Origin: Candidatus Kaiserbacteria bacterium
Lineage (GTDB): Bacteria; Patescibacteriota; Minisyncoccia; Phycocordibacterales; Phycocordibacteraceae
Direction of reading: 5' to 3'
Assembly (NCBI GenBank): GCA_023264445.1
Contig: JAHFMN010000004.1
Location: forward strand, 1 to 43,102
DNA: 43,102 nt
Positions 16,083-24,891 of this stretch are shown one piece after another; the stretch's first letter is position 1, and every line of letters starts with the position of its first letter. The notes beneath the pieces are model-generated. The model was not told the DNA's origin. It saw nothing but the letters and a program-made list of their open reading frames with translations, and did no database searches. Both the position numbers and the translations under genes were made by a program.

Positions 16083-17324
16083 ATGGGTCCTGAATTGCTC
16101 GCATATCCGTTTCTTTTTATTGCGATTTTCTTCGAATCGTTCGTCCTTGTGACGCTCCTCTCGGCGCCTGCACGCGCAGCACGCGCGCGGGCGCCCGGCG
16201 AAGCGACCCCCGCGGTCGCTATCATCGTTCCCTGTTGGAACGAAGGTACGACAGTCACCGCCACTTGTGATTCGCTTCTCGCCCTTGACTATCCAAAGGA
16301 AAAGCTTGAGATCATCCTTGTTGACGACGGCTCTACGGATGCAACACCTGTAGCAATGGCGCGCTTCGCTACCCATCCGCAAGTGCGCATCATCAGCAAA
16401 GAAAATGGCGGAAAGCATACGGCACTGAACGCCGGTATCGCCGCCACGGATGCCGAATTCGTGGGATGCCTTGATGCCGATTCATTCGTGGAGCCGGACG
16501 CGCTCCGTGAAATTCTCCCTTGCTTTGATGATCCGAAGGTCGCTGCCGTAACCGGAGCAATGTCGATCCATAATCCTCGCAATATCCTCCAGCATATGCA
16601 GAACGCCGAATATGTCTTCGGCATCGCACTCCGACACGCTATCGCTTCCGTAAATGGTCTCTATGTCACCCCGGGGCCTTTCTCTTTCTATCGACGTTCG
16701 ATTATTGAAGAAGTAGGTGGGTTCCGCTTCGGCCACCAGACCGAAGATATGGAGATGGCACTCCGGATCCAGCAAGTTGGGTACCGCATTGAGAACGCGC
16801 CGCGCGCGCGTGTCTACACCAAAGCACCCGCATCTGTTTCGACGCTTCTGCAACAGCGCACGCGCTGGACGACCGGTTTCCTTCGCAACATACTCGGCGA
16901 ATATCGCGGCCTCATCGGCAGTTATGCCCACGGGGCGCTTGGCATGCTCATACTTCCTATCGCGCTCCTCTCGCTTGTGGGCGGTATGCTCATTTTCTTG
17001 TTTTCCCTCTTTCAGCTCCTATCGCATGCCGCAACCGCATTTGGTATTCGTATCGGCATCCCGCTTTCGTATGCGCTTGCGCCACACGGCGCATTTGATG
17101 TGCGGTATCTTCCCATGAACTTTTATCTGCTTCTTGGTATCCTGACACTGCTCACCTCTTTGTTCCTCGTTTTCGTTGGCAAACGCATCTCAAAGACTTC
17201 GGGACCCATCACTCTTGGCCTTGCTTCTTACACGCTGCTCTATGGCCTTATCGCGCCGCTCTGGATGTTGCGTGCCGCTTCCGACGTAGCGCTCGGCACG
17301 CGTCGCGGTTGGCGATCATCCTAG
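16083..17324 (+). CDS. GT2 processive glycosyltransferase (PgaC/IcaA/cellulose-synthase-like)
   Basis: VDDGSTD, GGKHTALN, LDADS, TEDMEM, QQRTRW, flanking TM helices. Start MGPELL, with TG-G-TATAGT 9 nt upstream. Confidence 0.92.
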   Translation: MGPELLAYPFLFIAIFFESFVLVTLLSAPARAARARAPGEATPAVAIIVPCWNEGTTVTATCDSLLALDYPKEKLEIILVDDGSTDATPVAMARFATHPQVRIISKENGGKHTALNAGIAATDAEFVGCLDADSFVEPDALREILPCFDDPKVAAVTGAMSIHNPRNILQHMQNAEYVFGIALRHAIASVNGLYVTPGPFSFYRRSIIEEVGGFRFGHQTEDMEMALRIQQVGYRIENAPRARVYTKAPASVSTLLQQRTRWTTGFLRNILGEYRGLIGSYAHGALGMLILPIALLSLVGGMLIFLFSLFQLLSHAATAFGIRIGIPLSYALAPHGAFDVRYLPMNFYLLLGILTLLTSLFLVFVGKRISKTSGPITLGLASYTLLYGLIAPLWMLRAASDVALGTRRGWRSS

Positions 17325-17328
17325 TCCT

Positions 17329-17994
17329 ATGTCACTCGTCACTCGAAACGCCCTCATAGCGCTTGGCATTACCATCCTCCTTTCGGGTACGGTCGCCTAC
17401 GCCGTCAACTATTTGAATAATGCGCGCATCACCGAACTCTCCGCTATAGAAGACCAGCTCTCAATCGATATTCTCTCCCTCGATACTCAATTTTCCCTGC
17501 TTGAAGCAGCACCCTGCGATAGTTCAACTTCTTCCACTACGCTCGTAAGTGAGCTCGCAGACATGGGCGATCGCCTCTCATATGCGGAGAGCCAGCTGGG
17601 TAGCGACAATGCACAAGTCATACGGCTTAAGGAACGATATTCTCTGCTTGAAATCCGTGACTACCTCATCACTAAGAAGCTTGCCGCTGCTTGTGGCTTG
17701 AAACCGGTAACCGTCCTGTATTTCTACAGCAACGCAGGAGACTGCGCCGACTGTGATAAGGCGGGTTATGCGCTCTCCTACCTGCACGACACCTTCCCGA
17801 ACTTGCGCGTCTATTCCTTTGACTATCACCTCACCATCGGTGCGCTTACCACCTTCATCGCTGTCAACAAAGTGCAGCCCTCTTTGCCTGCATTCATCAT
17901 CAACGGGAAACAATACTACGGCTTCACGACGCTTTCCGACCTCGAGAAGCAATTTCCAAAGGGCGCACTGTCTACGACAACCTCTTCACATTGA
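17329..17994 (+). CDS. Membrane-anchored hypothetical protein with a thioredoxin-like CxxC domain
   Basis: N-terminal TM helix, helical region, then YFYSNAGDCADCDKAGYAL...VYSFD...PAFIING. Begins 4 nt after the GT2 stop. Confidence 0.75.
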   Translation: MSLVTRNALIALGITILLSGTVAYAVNYLNNARITELSAIEDQLSIDILSLDTQFSLLEAAPCDSSTSSTTLVSELADMGDRLSYAESQLGSDNAQVIRLKERYSLLEIRDYLITKKLAAACGLKPVTVLYFYSNAGDCADCDKAGYALSYLHDTFPNLRVYSFDYHLTIGALTTFIAVNKVQPSLPAFIINGKQYYGFTTLSDLEKQFPKGALSTTTSSH

Positions 17995-18066
17995 GCCGGG
18001 GGTCGGGATTGAACCGACGACATCCTGTTTACAAAACAGGTGCTCTACCAACTGAGCTACCCCGGC
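17994..18066 (-). tRNA. tRNA-Thr(UGU), CCA not encoded
   Basis: GCCGGGG-TA-GCTC-AGTTGGTA-GAGC-A-CCTGT-TTTGTAA-ACAGG-ATGTC-GTCGG-TTCAATC-CCGAC-CCCCGGC-T; complete cloverleaf, anticodon TGT. Confidence 0.97.
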
Positions 18067-18163
18067 GAATGAGGGCACCTGGAAATGCAGGTCCTCATGC
18101 GTTTATATGTGTCCCGAACGAGCCGAGGGAAAGCCTGCATATAACGCTTACCCCGGCATTCCT

Positions 18164-18571
18164 CTACTGTATATCAGATATTTCGGGATGCGTCCCTTTC
18201 AACTGGCTCTTGAAATCCGCCAACGTCTTCACAAACTCTCTCACATTTTCGCGTGGAGCGATATCGGCCGTATGCCGAGAGCGCAGATGCCGGACCAAGC
18301 GTGTAAGCAGGCGCTCAGCAGCTCGCACTAGTTGGAGCGAGAGATGCGCAATATCGTGCCCGAGACGACTTCCGAGACGGCGTATTTCGTCGCGCACAAA
18401 CGCAACCAGGTCCACGTGTTCCATAATGAACGTAATGCGCGCAACCTGCTCATCGAGACGCGTGCGCTCCGCTGCCCACATGCGTGCACCGCGCCGCGTC
18501 TCATAGTCGGTCAGTAGGACGAAACCGACAAGAAGGGCGAGCGCGAGAACGATGCAGACAAGGTACGCCAT
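18164..18571 (-). CDS. Hypothetical protein with an N-terminal TM helix
   Basis: 135-aa ORF starting 5 nt after the tsf stop, same strand; hydrophobic N-terminus. Confidence 0.7.
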   Translation of the reverse strand: MAYLVCIVLALALLVGFVLLTDYETRRGARMWAAERTRLDEQVARITFIMEHVDLVAFVRDEIRRLGSRLGHDIAHLSLQLVRAAERLLTRLVRHLRSRHTADIAPRENVREFVKTLADFKSQLKGTHPEISDIQ

Positions 18572-18576
18572 ACGCG

Positions 18577-19158
18577 TTAGCGTGCAGAGAGGCGGGCGAA
18601 GCGGCTCACCTCAACGCGTTCGCCGAATTTCTGTGTTGCTTCATTCAATAACTGCTGCACGGTCTTGCTTTCATCCTTGATGAACGGTTGTTCAAGGAGC
18701 ACATGATCCCGAAAATGGCTCGCTAGTTTCCCTTCCAGAATTTTCGCCTGCATATCTTGTGGCTTATTTGCAACCTCCTTCTCGAAAACGGCGACTGCTG
18801 CATTCTTTGCCTCCTCCGATATCTCAAGCATGACGGTATAGGACGGATTTGTCGCAGCGACCTGCATCGCAAGCTCGCGCGCGAGCACGCCGAACTCCGG
18901 ATTTTTTGCGACGAAATCCGTTTCGCACGAGAGGACAACCATCGCGCCGATGCTGCCATCATGAATATAACTCCCTACCACGCCGGCGGCGAGCGTGCGC
19001 TCCGCCTTCTTCTCGGCAGACGCGGCCGAATGCTTCTTCAGGATGACCTCCGCTTTCGCAAGATCGCCATCCGCTTCAGACAGTGCCTTCTTGCATTGCA
19101 TAACAGACACGCCGGTCCGCTCGCGCAATTCCTTTATGCTTTCAGTCGTGATTTCCAT
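18577..19158 (-). CDS. tsf: Elongation factor Ts (short form)
   Basis: IKELRERTGVSVMQCKKAL, LSCETDFVAKN, LAMQVAATNP, LLEQPFIKD. 193 aa, downstream of rpsB. Confidence 0.97.
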   Translation of the reverse strand: MEITTESIKELRERTGVSVMQCKKALSEADGDLAKAEVILKKHSAASAEKKAERTLAAGVVGSYIHDGSIGAMVVLSCETDFVAKNPEFGVLARELAMQVAATNPSYTVMLEISEEAKNAAVAVFEKEVANKPQDMQAKILEGKLASHFRDHVLLEQPFIKDESKTVQQLLNEATQKFGERVEVSRFARLSAR

Positions 19159-19250
19159 AGAAATAGTTAGCGGTGAGCAGAATACGGTGATGAATATGGA
19201 TAGTAGTATATCAGAACTGCTTTCTGCTCGCTGCCCTCTGCCTATTGGGT

Positions 19251-19949
19251 TTATGCAGTCTGTCCTTTTTTAAATGCCTCGGTGAGTTCGGAGAGAATAA
19301 GCTGAACCGACTCACGCGATGTATCGTTTGCGACAATCGGGTAGGTTGCGTCCGAAAGATTGCAATCCGAACTCATGATGGCGATGAGGGGGATTCCCGC
19401 ATCATGTGCTTCCTTTACCGCATGCTTCTCGTGCTTGGTGTCGATGACGAGCAGCGCGTCCGGCCGCTTGGAAAGCGCTGTGATACCGTCGAGACGCTCT
19501 TCGAGGCGTTTCTTCTCGCGATCGATTTTCACGAGCTCAAGCTTCGTATGCTGCTTGGCGAGGGTGCCGGCGGCCGCAGCTTCTTTCAGTTCCGCAAGGC
19601 GATCAATACGCTTCTTAATTTCGCTCCAGTTGGAGATAGTGCCGCCAAGCCAGCGCGTTGCGACATACGGCGCGCTGATTCCTTCCGCCGCTTTCTTGAC
19701 GAGTGCAGCAATCTCAACCTTGCCTCCGACAAAGAGGACGGTCTTCCCTTCCTTTGCGAGCGCAGCCATGACACCTTTTGCGGCCTCAAGTTGTTCGGCC
19801 GTCTTCACGAGATCGATAATCTCCTGACGTCCTTTCGTGCCAACTAGATAGGGCTTCATCGAGGGGTGCCGGCGGCTCTTCACCTGCGCAAAATGCGCCC
19901 CTGTGTCGAAGAGGCGCTTCATTCCTGCCGTATCGGTGGAACCAGTCAT
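19251..19949 (-). CDS. rpsB: 30S ribosomal protein uS2
   Basis: [47 protein letters not shown]. Confidence 0.97.
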   Translation of the reverse strand: MTGSTDTAGMKRLFDTGAHFAQVKSRRHPSMKPYLVGTKGRQEIIDLVKTAEQLEAAKGVMAALAKEGKTVLFVGGKVEIAALVKKAAEGISAPYVATRWLGGTISNWSEIKKRIDRLAELKEAAAAGTLAKQHTKLELVKIDREKKRLEERLDGITALSKRPDALLVIDTKHEKHAVKEAHDAGIPLIAIMSSDCNLSDATYPIVANDTSRESVQLILSELTEAFKKGQTA

Positions 19950-20890
19950 GCGGACACTGTACTTGAATCGGTAGCGGTACGCAAGCGGAGCGCCCCGATG
20001 ATGTCGTCGATACCGCCGGCAAGAATTTTCGGCAGATTATGCCAGGATTCCTTCAGACGGTGATCCGTCACGCGGTCCTGAAGGAAGTTGTAGGTGCGAA
20101 TCTTCTCCGAGCGATCGCCGGTGCCTATTTGCGCCTTGCGTTCTGCGGCGTGCTTCTTCGCCTCTTCTTCTTCGTGCAGGAGCTCGAGCTTCGCGACAAG
20201 AATCTGCATCGCTTTTTCGCGATTTGCTAGCTGGCTGCGCTCTGAGGAAGACCGCACGTCGATGCCGGTCGGCGTGTGGATAAGCCGTACCGCCGTCTCG
20301 ACCTTATTTACATTCTGTCCGCCAGCGCCACCGCTTTTTGAGAACTCCATCTCTATATCGGCCGGATTAATATCCGTCTGAGACTTTGCACGGATGGGCA
20401 GCACGGCAATCGAGGCAGTTGAGGTATGAATGCGACCCGACTTCTCGGTAAGCGGGACCCGTTGAACGCGATGCACACCCGTCTCATAGCGGAGCGCGTC
20501 GTACGCATCTGCTCCCGCAATCTCAAGCGTAAGATCATCTATGATGCGCGTCTTCCATCCGCGATGCTCGGCATACTTCTGATACATCTCTCGTAAATCA
20601 TGCGCGAATATTCCCGCCTCGTCACCGCCCGCGCCTGCACGCAGCTCCATCACGACTGAGCTCGGCCGTACGGCTTCCTCCTTCTCCTTCGCGAGAATCT
20701 GCTCTATTTCCGCGAGGATAGCCGTTTGCCGCGCGCAGACACGCGCTTCATCCTCTTCGGCAAGATGGATAAGCTCGGGATCAGTCCCGGCCGAGCTTCG
20801 GGCATCTACTGCTTCTTTCTCAAGACGTTCGTATTCCTCCGCAAGATACGCGGTTGCAAAGTTCTTCTTAAAATCAGGGGAATACTCCAT
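19946..20890 (-). CDS. prfA: Peptide chain release factor 1
   Basis: [25 protein letters not shown] (PxT, RF1 type), [29 protein letters not shown]. Confidence 0.96.
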   Translation of the reverse strand: MEYSPDFKKNFATAYLAEEYERLEKEAVDARSSAGTDPELIHLAEEDEARVCARQTAILAEIEQILAKEKEEAVRPSSVVMELRAGAGGDEAGIFAHDLREMYQKYAEHRGWKTRIIDDLTLEIAGADAYDALRYETGVHRVQRVPLTEKSGRIHTSTASIAVLPIRAKSQTDINPADIEMEFSKSGGAGGQNVNKVETAVRLIHTPTGIDVRSSSERSQLANREKAMQILVAKLELLHEEEEAKKHAAERKAQIGTGDRSEKIRTYNFLQDRVTDHRLKESWHNLPKILAGGIDDIIGALRLRTATDSSTVSA

Positions 20891-20921
20891 GGCGTTACTC
20901 TATCATTCCTCATCCCGCGGA

Positions 20922-21065
20922 GCGAAAAGGAGAATTGAGAGACTCTCGGAGGCGAAGCAGCATGGCAATTTCGGCGCCGAAGAGAGGCCGCGCCGGTTTG
21001 CGAGCCGAGAGTGAGCGCGGCCGCCGCCGGGCGGGTCGACGCGTGCTCTCAATTCTCCTTTTCGC
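20922..21065. repeat. Structured intergenic element bounded by 20-bp perfect inverted repeats
   Basis: gcgaaaaggagaattgagag (20922-20941) and ctctcaattctccttttcgc (21046-21065). Inner stem actctcgg/ccgagagt; GC-rich interior. Confidence 0.85.
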
Positions 21066-21071
21066 GAAGCC

Positions 21072-21320
21072 CTACTTTTTCTTTGCAGCGCGTTGCTTGA
21101 AGCGTTCTACTCGTCCCGCCTTATCAAGCGCACGGTCTTCACCAGTGTAGAAAGGGTGCGATGCACTCGAAATTTCCACCGTCACTTTCGGGTATTCCTT
21201 GCCTTCAAACTTTGCTGTTTCCGTCGTCGCTATCGTGGACCCAATAAGAAAGCGCGCGCCCGAGGCGATGTCTTCGAAGACGACCTCGCGATAGGCGTCC
21301 GGATGGATATCCTTTTTCAT
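21072..21320 (-). CDS. rpmE: 50S ribosomal protein bL31, type B (no Zn-binding Cys)
   Basis: [17 protein letters not shown]...[12 protein letters not shown]...[18 protein letters not shown] 6 nt upstream of ATG. Confidence 0.95.
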   Translation of the reverse strand: MKKDIHPDAYREVVFEDIASGARFLIGSTIATTETAKFEGKEYPKVTVEISSASHPFYTGEDRALDKAGRVERFKQRAAKKK

Positions 21321-21380
21321 CCGGGGATGATAGCACACTACTATGCCAGACTCAATTCTGGCTTCGAAGTGCAGGTACCC

Positions 21381-23291
21381 TTAGAATTCTTGGAAGAATG
21401 GCTCGACGTTCACGGTCACCTGCCGCACGATTGCCGCGCCGCCGCCGGTTGGGGTGCAAGAGATGCTGTAGGTCGCCTGGCCAGTCACGATAATCGTTGC
21501 CGATCCAGATATGCTTGACTGCGAGAAACCGTTTGGACCAGTAACGTTGCAGCTACTCATCAGAACCGAGCTCCAGGAGAGAATGCTCGAACCGCCCGAC
21601 ACCGTCACGCGCGGCGGTTCCGCACCGATGTTCACCTCCGGCTGAATCACCGTTACGGTTACTTGCGCCGGTGCCGAGGTACCCGACGCATTTGAACAGG
21701 TTATTTGGTACGTTGAGTCCTGCAAGAGCACACCGGTCGAGACGCCGCCCGGAGGATTGGTTGTCGCACCGCCCGTCGAGAATCCTCCAGCCGACGTGCA
21801 GGAAGTCGCATTGGTAGATGACCAGAAGAGCTTGGTCGACTGGCCTTGATTTATGGGGTTCGGGCTTGCAGAGAGTGTCACAGTCGGCGGACAGGTGGAA
21901 TTGGATGGGACAGCAGCGGAGCAAGAACTGTCGCATTGAACCGTGCCGGTATTCGTCTGGCCGCATGAATTTGCTGCGGACGAACAAACAGCTCCTTGGT
22001 TCGCGACGCATAGCACCGTGACCACCTTCCATGCTCCGCAGTTGTTGCCCTCGTTAGACTCATCAATAGAACCGGCCCATGAACTGTTGTTGTCAGCGCA
22101 CGCGCGCACGTTGTAGGTACCGGCTGCTGTAAAGGTGTATGAGCCAGAAAGACCGGTGGAAGCGCCGGAGCTAAGGGAGGAGACGGTGTTGGCATTTACC
22201 ATCGCAATCGTCACCGTCTTGGCGCTGTTAGCAACCTGGAAGATGTTCGGGAAATTCGAGGCCGAACCATCACCGATATTGGAGACGGTTGCTGAGAAAG
22301 ACTCGCTTTGTCCGGCCACAACAGACGTGGGAGAAATAGTAGTATCCCCTGCCGTGAGATCAGCGAGCGAAACCGGGATCTGAACGCAGCCGGTTCCGTC
22401 TGCGCTCGGCTCCGTTCCTGATGGACAGGTAACCACGTGACTGATGGTCGCCGTGTTAGATGTTCCTCCGGGACCGGTACAAGTATTGCTCCAGGTGTAG
22501 GTCCCTGGATAGGTGGGTGTCGCTGGTAGTGAGCCAGAGGTTCCTGCTGCCCATGGATTGGTAACGAGACCGTCCGGACGCACTCTCGTTACCGTGCAGG
22601 ATGTTGCGTTCGTCGAGCTCCATGAGACGGTAAACGTTGTGCCGGAATCGGCGGTGCTAACTGATTGACTGATTGAGGCAGTCGGAGCCACACAACTCGA
22701 ATCGGACGGGGGTGTCGAAGAACATGAACCATCGCACTGGATAGTGCCGTTCGATTGCGTCTGGCCGCAAGAATTTGGTGAGGATGCACACGCGGAACCG
22801 TATCCGGCCGCACATGCTGGACTCACGTACACTGAGCACGTCTCCATACCAATGACGTCACTGCCACCCAACGAATACACCGATATTACTTTGTTTTGTG
22901 TACCAGAAGAACCATACACGTTCGTCTCGTAGGTGCGGTAGTACGGCTCGGCATCAATGTGGTATATACCGGCATTGATGCCCTGTAGGGAATACGGGTT
23001 CGTAACAGTCCACGTAACGGTATCACCGACTTTTGGATTTGTTGGCGAAACTGCACAGATCGCAGAGCACATGCCCGTACCCGCATTATGTTCGTAGCCG
23101 GATTCGCAGGAGGCTGGGACTATTACACCGCCTTCCGCCCCCCGAGGAGAAAGCGACACAAAGCCTACTTCAGAAGAATGTACCGGCGTATGGGCCAGCA
23201 TCAGGGACTGCAAGGAGCCGATAACGCCAAGAAAAAGCAGGAGCGACCCGAGAGATACCGCCAGTTGCCGAGTTCGCAGGCGAACCTTCAT
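21381..23291 (-). CDS. Large secreted/surface protein with a CARDB-like domain, two six-Cys repeats and several beta-rich Ig-like modules
   Basis: Start MKVRLRTRQLAVSLG (TM/signal). ADLTAG...SATVSNIG...IDESNEGNNC is CARDB-like. Repeats of the form C..N.G..C.S..NSCGQT..GT.QCD.SCS...P.(D/N)S.C. Confidence 0.85.
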   Translation of the reverse strand: MKVRLRTRQLAVSLGSLLLFLGVIGSLQSLMLAHTPVHSSEVGFVSLSPRGAEGGVIVPASCESGYEHNAGTGMCSAICAVSPTNPKVGDTVTWTVTNPYSLQGINAGIYHIDAEPYYRTYETNVYGSSGTQNKVISVYSLGGSDVIGMETCSVYVSPACAAGYGSACASSPNSCGQTQSNGTIQCDGSCSSTPPSDSSCVAPTASISQSVSTADSGTTFTVSWSSTNATSCTVTRVRPDGLVTNPWAAGTSGSLPATPTYPGTYTWSNTCTGPGGTSNTATISHVVTCPSGTEPSADGTGCVQIPVSLADLTAGDTTISPTSVVAGQSESFSATVSNIGDGSASNFPNIFQVANSAKTVTIAMVNANTVSSLSSGASTGLSGSYTFTAAGTYNVRACADNNSSWAGSIDESNEGNNCGAWKVVTVLCVANQGAVCSSAANSCGQTNTGTVQCDSSCSAAVPSNSTCPPTVTLSASPNPINQGQSTKLFWSSTNATSCTSAGGFSTGGATTNPPGGVSTGVLLQDSTYQITCSNASGTSAPAQVTVTVIQPEVNIGAEPPRVTVSGGSSILSWSSVLMSSCNVTGPNGFSQSSISGSATIIVTGQATYSISCTPTGGGAAIVRQVTVNVEPFFQEF

Positions 23292-23322
23292 AGGTTGTAT
23301 ACCCAAAAGGTACCACGCGCCT

Positions 23323-24132
23323 TCAGCTAGCACTGCCAGTATCCCCAGTAGAGAGGAGGCGCATATTCTCCTCAAGCGAGGACTTCATTTTCAAAAACCC
23401 TTCGGTGTAGATGTCCGGATTGTTCCCGGGATACGCAGCTCCCCAACTCGCTTCAGACATTGTGGCGAGTATGGAGAGCGCCTTAGCGAATGCCTCCTTC
23501 GCGCCTTTCTTATCATCCATGTTCAGGAGCGCGACGCCGAGCGAGTTCCACAGCCATGGATTGTTCGGCTCAATCTTGAGCCCTGTGCGCGCAGTATCGC
23601 GCGCCTCTGCATACTTCCCTTCTTGGAAATAAATCCACGCGAGATCATTATTTCCCGCCCAGCTCTCCGGCTTCCACGCCAGAAATGCTTTGAAATCCGC
23701 CTCTGCTTTTGCCAGCTGGCCGCTGTAGCCGTAAATGAGTCCGCGCACGTAATACGAGCGGCCGAAGTCCGGATGAAGAGCGAGTTCTGCATTTATTTCC
23801 GCGAGCGCATCGGGAAAATCGCTGCGGATAAAATAGACGCGCGCTAGCTGATAATGCGGGCCTTCCATACTCGGATCAAGCGTGAGCGCTTTGCGGAAAT
23901 ATGCTTCTGCTTTTTTTAAATCATACGCGCCACCACCGAAATAATAGTTCCCCATATCAAAAAAGAGATTCGGATCGGATGGAGAAAGGACCGAGGCGAG
24001 CATGCCCGCGTGCAGCTGTTGCCATACGAACCGACCGGCCGCCGCGTTCTGTCTTGCTACGAAAATGCTTGCTATACAGAGCCCAAGTACGAGGATGCTC
24101 CAGAGAAAGGCTTTTTTAATTTCCTGTCGCAT
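23323..24132 (-). CDS. TPR-repeat protein with an N-terminal membrane anchor
   Basis: Tandem TPR-like helices (AEAYFRKALTLDP, YYVRGLIYGYSGQLAKAEADF, WNSLGVALLNM). TAAGAT 6 nt upstream. Confidence 0.88.
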   Translation of the reverse strand: MRQEIKKAFLWSILVLGLCIASIFVARQNAAAGRFVWQQLHAGMLASVLSPSDPNLFFDMGNYYFGGGAYDLKKAEAYFRKALTLDPSMEGPHYQLARVYFIRSDFPDALAEINAELALHPDFGRSYYVRGLIYGYSGQLAKAEADFKAFLAWKPESWAGNNDLAWIYFQEGKYAEARDTARTGLKIEPNNPWLWNSLGVALLNMDDKKGAKEAFAKALSILATMSEASWGAAYPGNNPDIYTEGFLKMKSSLEENMRLLSTGDTGSAS

Positions 24133-24174
24133 AGAGTCATCTTAACCCACCGCAGCGTATACACAGGAGCATAC

Positions 24175-24204
24175 TTGACAAGTGTGCTGTAAAGGTGATA
24201 CAGT
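24175..24204 (+). promoter_or_regulatory. Sigma70-type promoter for the 24253 gene
   Basis: TTGACA (24175-24180), 18 nt including TG, then TACAGT (24199-24204). AGGAGG RBS at 24241-24246. Confidence 0.6.
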
Positions 24205-24252
24205 TTCCCTCGGAATAGGAGTTGTCCAATCACACAATTCAGGAGGCATCAG

Positions 24253-24786
24253 ATGCGAAAAATCATCCAGCTTTTCCTCGTGTGCGCGGTTATGACTTCC
24301 GTCACAACCGCAATCCCGACCCTCGCTGTAGAACCGGCCGCAAAGGCGCCCGAAAAGGCTGCTGCTGCGAAAAAGCCGGCGAAGAAACCGGCGGCCAAAG
24401 CAGTGAAGAAAAAGCCGACAGTGAAAAAGGATGCGACCCTTGGAAAAACGACCACACCCAAGAGGGCGCCGGCGGGGCCCGAGCCGATTCGAACAGTTCG
24501 TCTAGGCTCGACGGCGACCGGCCAGCTTTGGGTATACGATGGTCCGACCCTTTTCGATGCGGGAGGCACCACCTGTCTGCTTCGTGTGGAGCGGCCACAG
24601 CCGATCGTCGGATGGGAATTTCTCCAAAGGATGGCGCTCCACATGGACGTTCCGGAGTTTGCCCAGTTCGCGCGATCAATCCTGCGACAAGAGGCAGACA
24701 GCAAACGCCCGCTTTCGCCAACCGAGCAGATAGCTCTGCGCGATCTGCTCGAGCTCGGATGTCGTGGGACTCCTAACTTCGCGTGA
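24253..24786 (+). CDS. Secreted protein with an Ala/Lys/Pro-rich (histone H1-like) segment
   Basis: Signal peptide, AAKKPAKKPAAKAVKKKP, strong RBS, own promoter and terminator. Confidence 0.75.
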   Translation: MRKIIQLFLVCAVMTSVTTAIPTLAVEPAAKAPEKAAAAKKPAKKPAAKAVKKKPTVKKDATLGKTTTPKRAPAGPEPIRTVRLGSTATGQLWVYDGPTLFDAGGTTCLLRVERPQPIVGWEFLQRMALHMDVPEFAQFARSILRQEADSKRPLSPTEQIALRDLLELGCRGTPNFA

Positions 24787-24802
24787 CGCACGACTTTGCC
24801 GC

Positions 24803-24835
24803 AACGGCCGCCCCCTCAACCGGGCGGCCGTTTTT
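24803..24835 (+). terminator. Rho-independent terminator
   Basis: aacggccgccc-cctcaacc-gggcggccgtt followed by a T-run. Confidence 0.8.
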
Positions 24836-24891
24836 ATGATAGATTCCAGGAAGGAAGCACAATCTGATGATCTTTTCCAAGGAGGTGTGGT

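Noticed and set aside
18149-18157. 9-bp copy (taccccggc) of the tRNA-Thr 5' end as an att site or second tRNA
   Set aside because: Too short, no cloverleaf can be formed, and there is no integrase.
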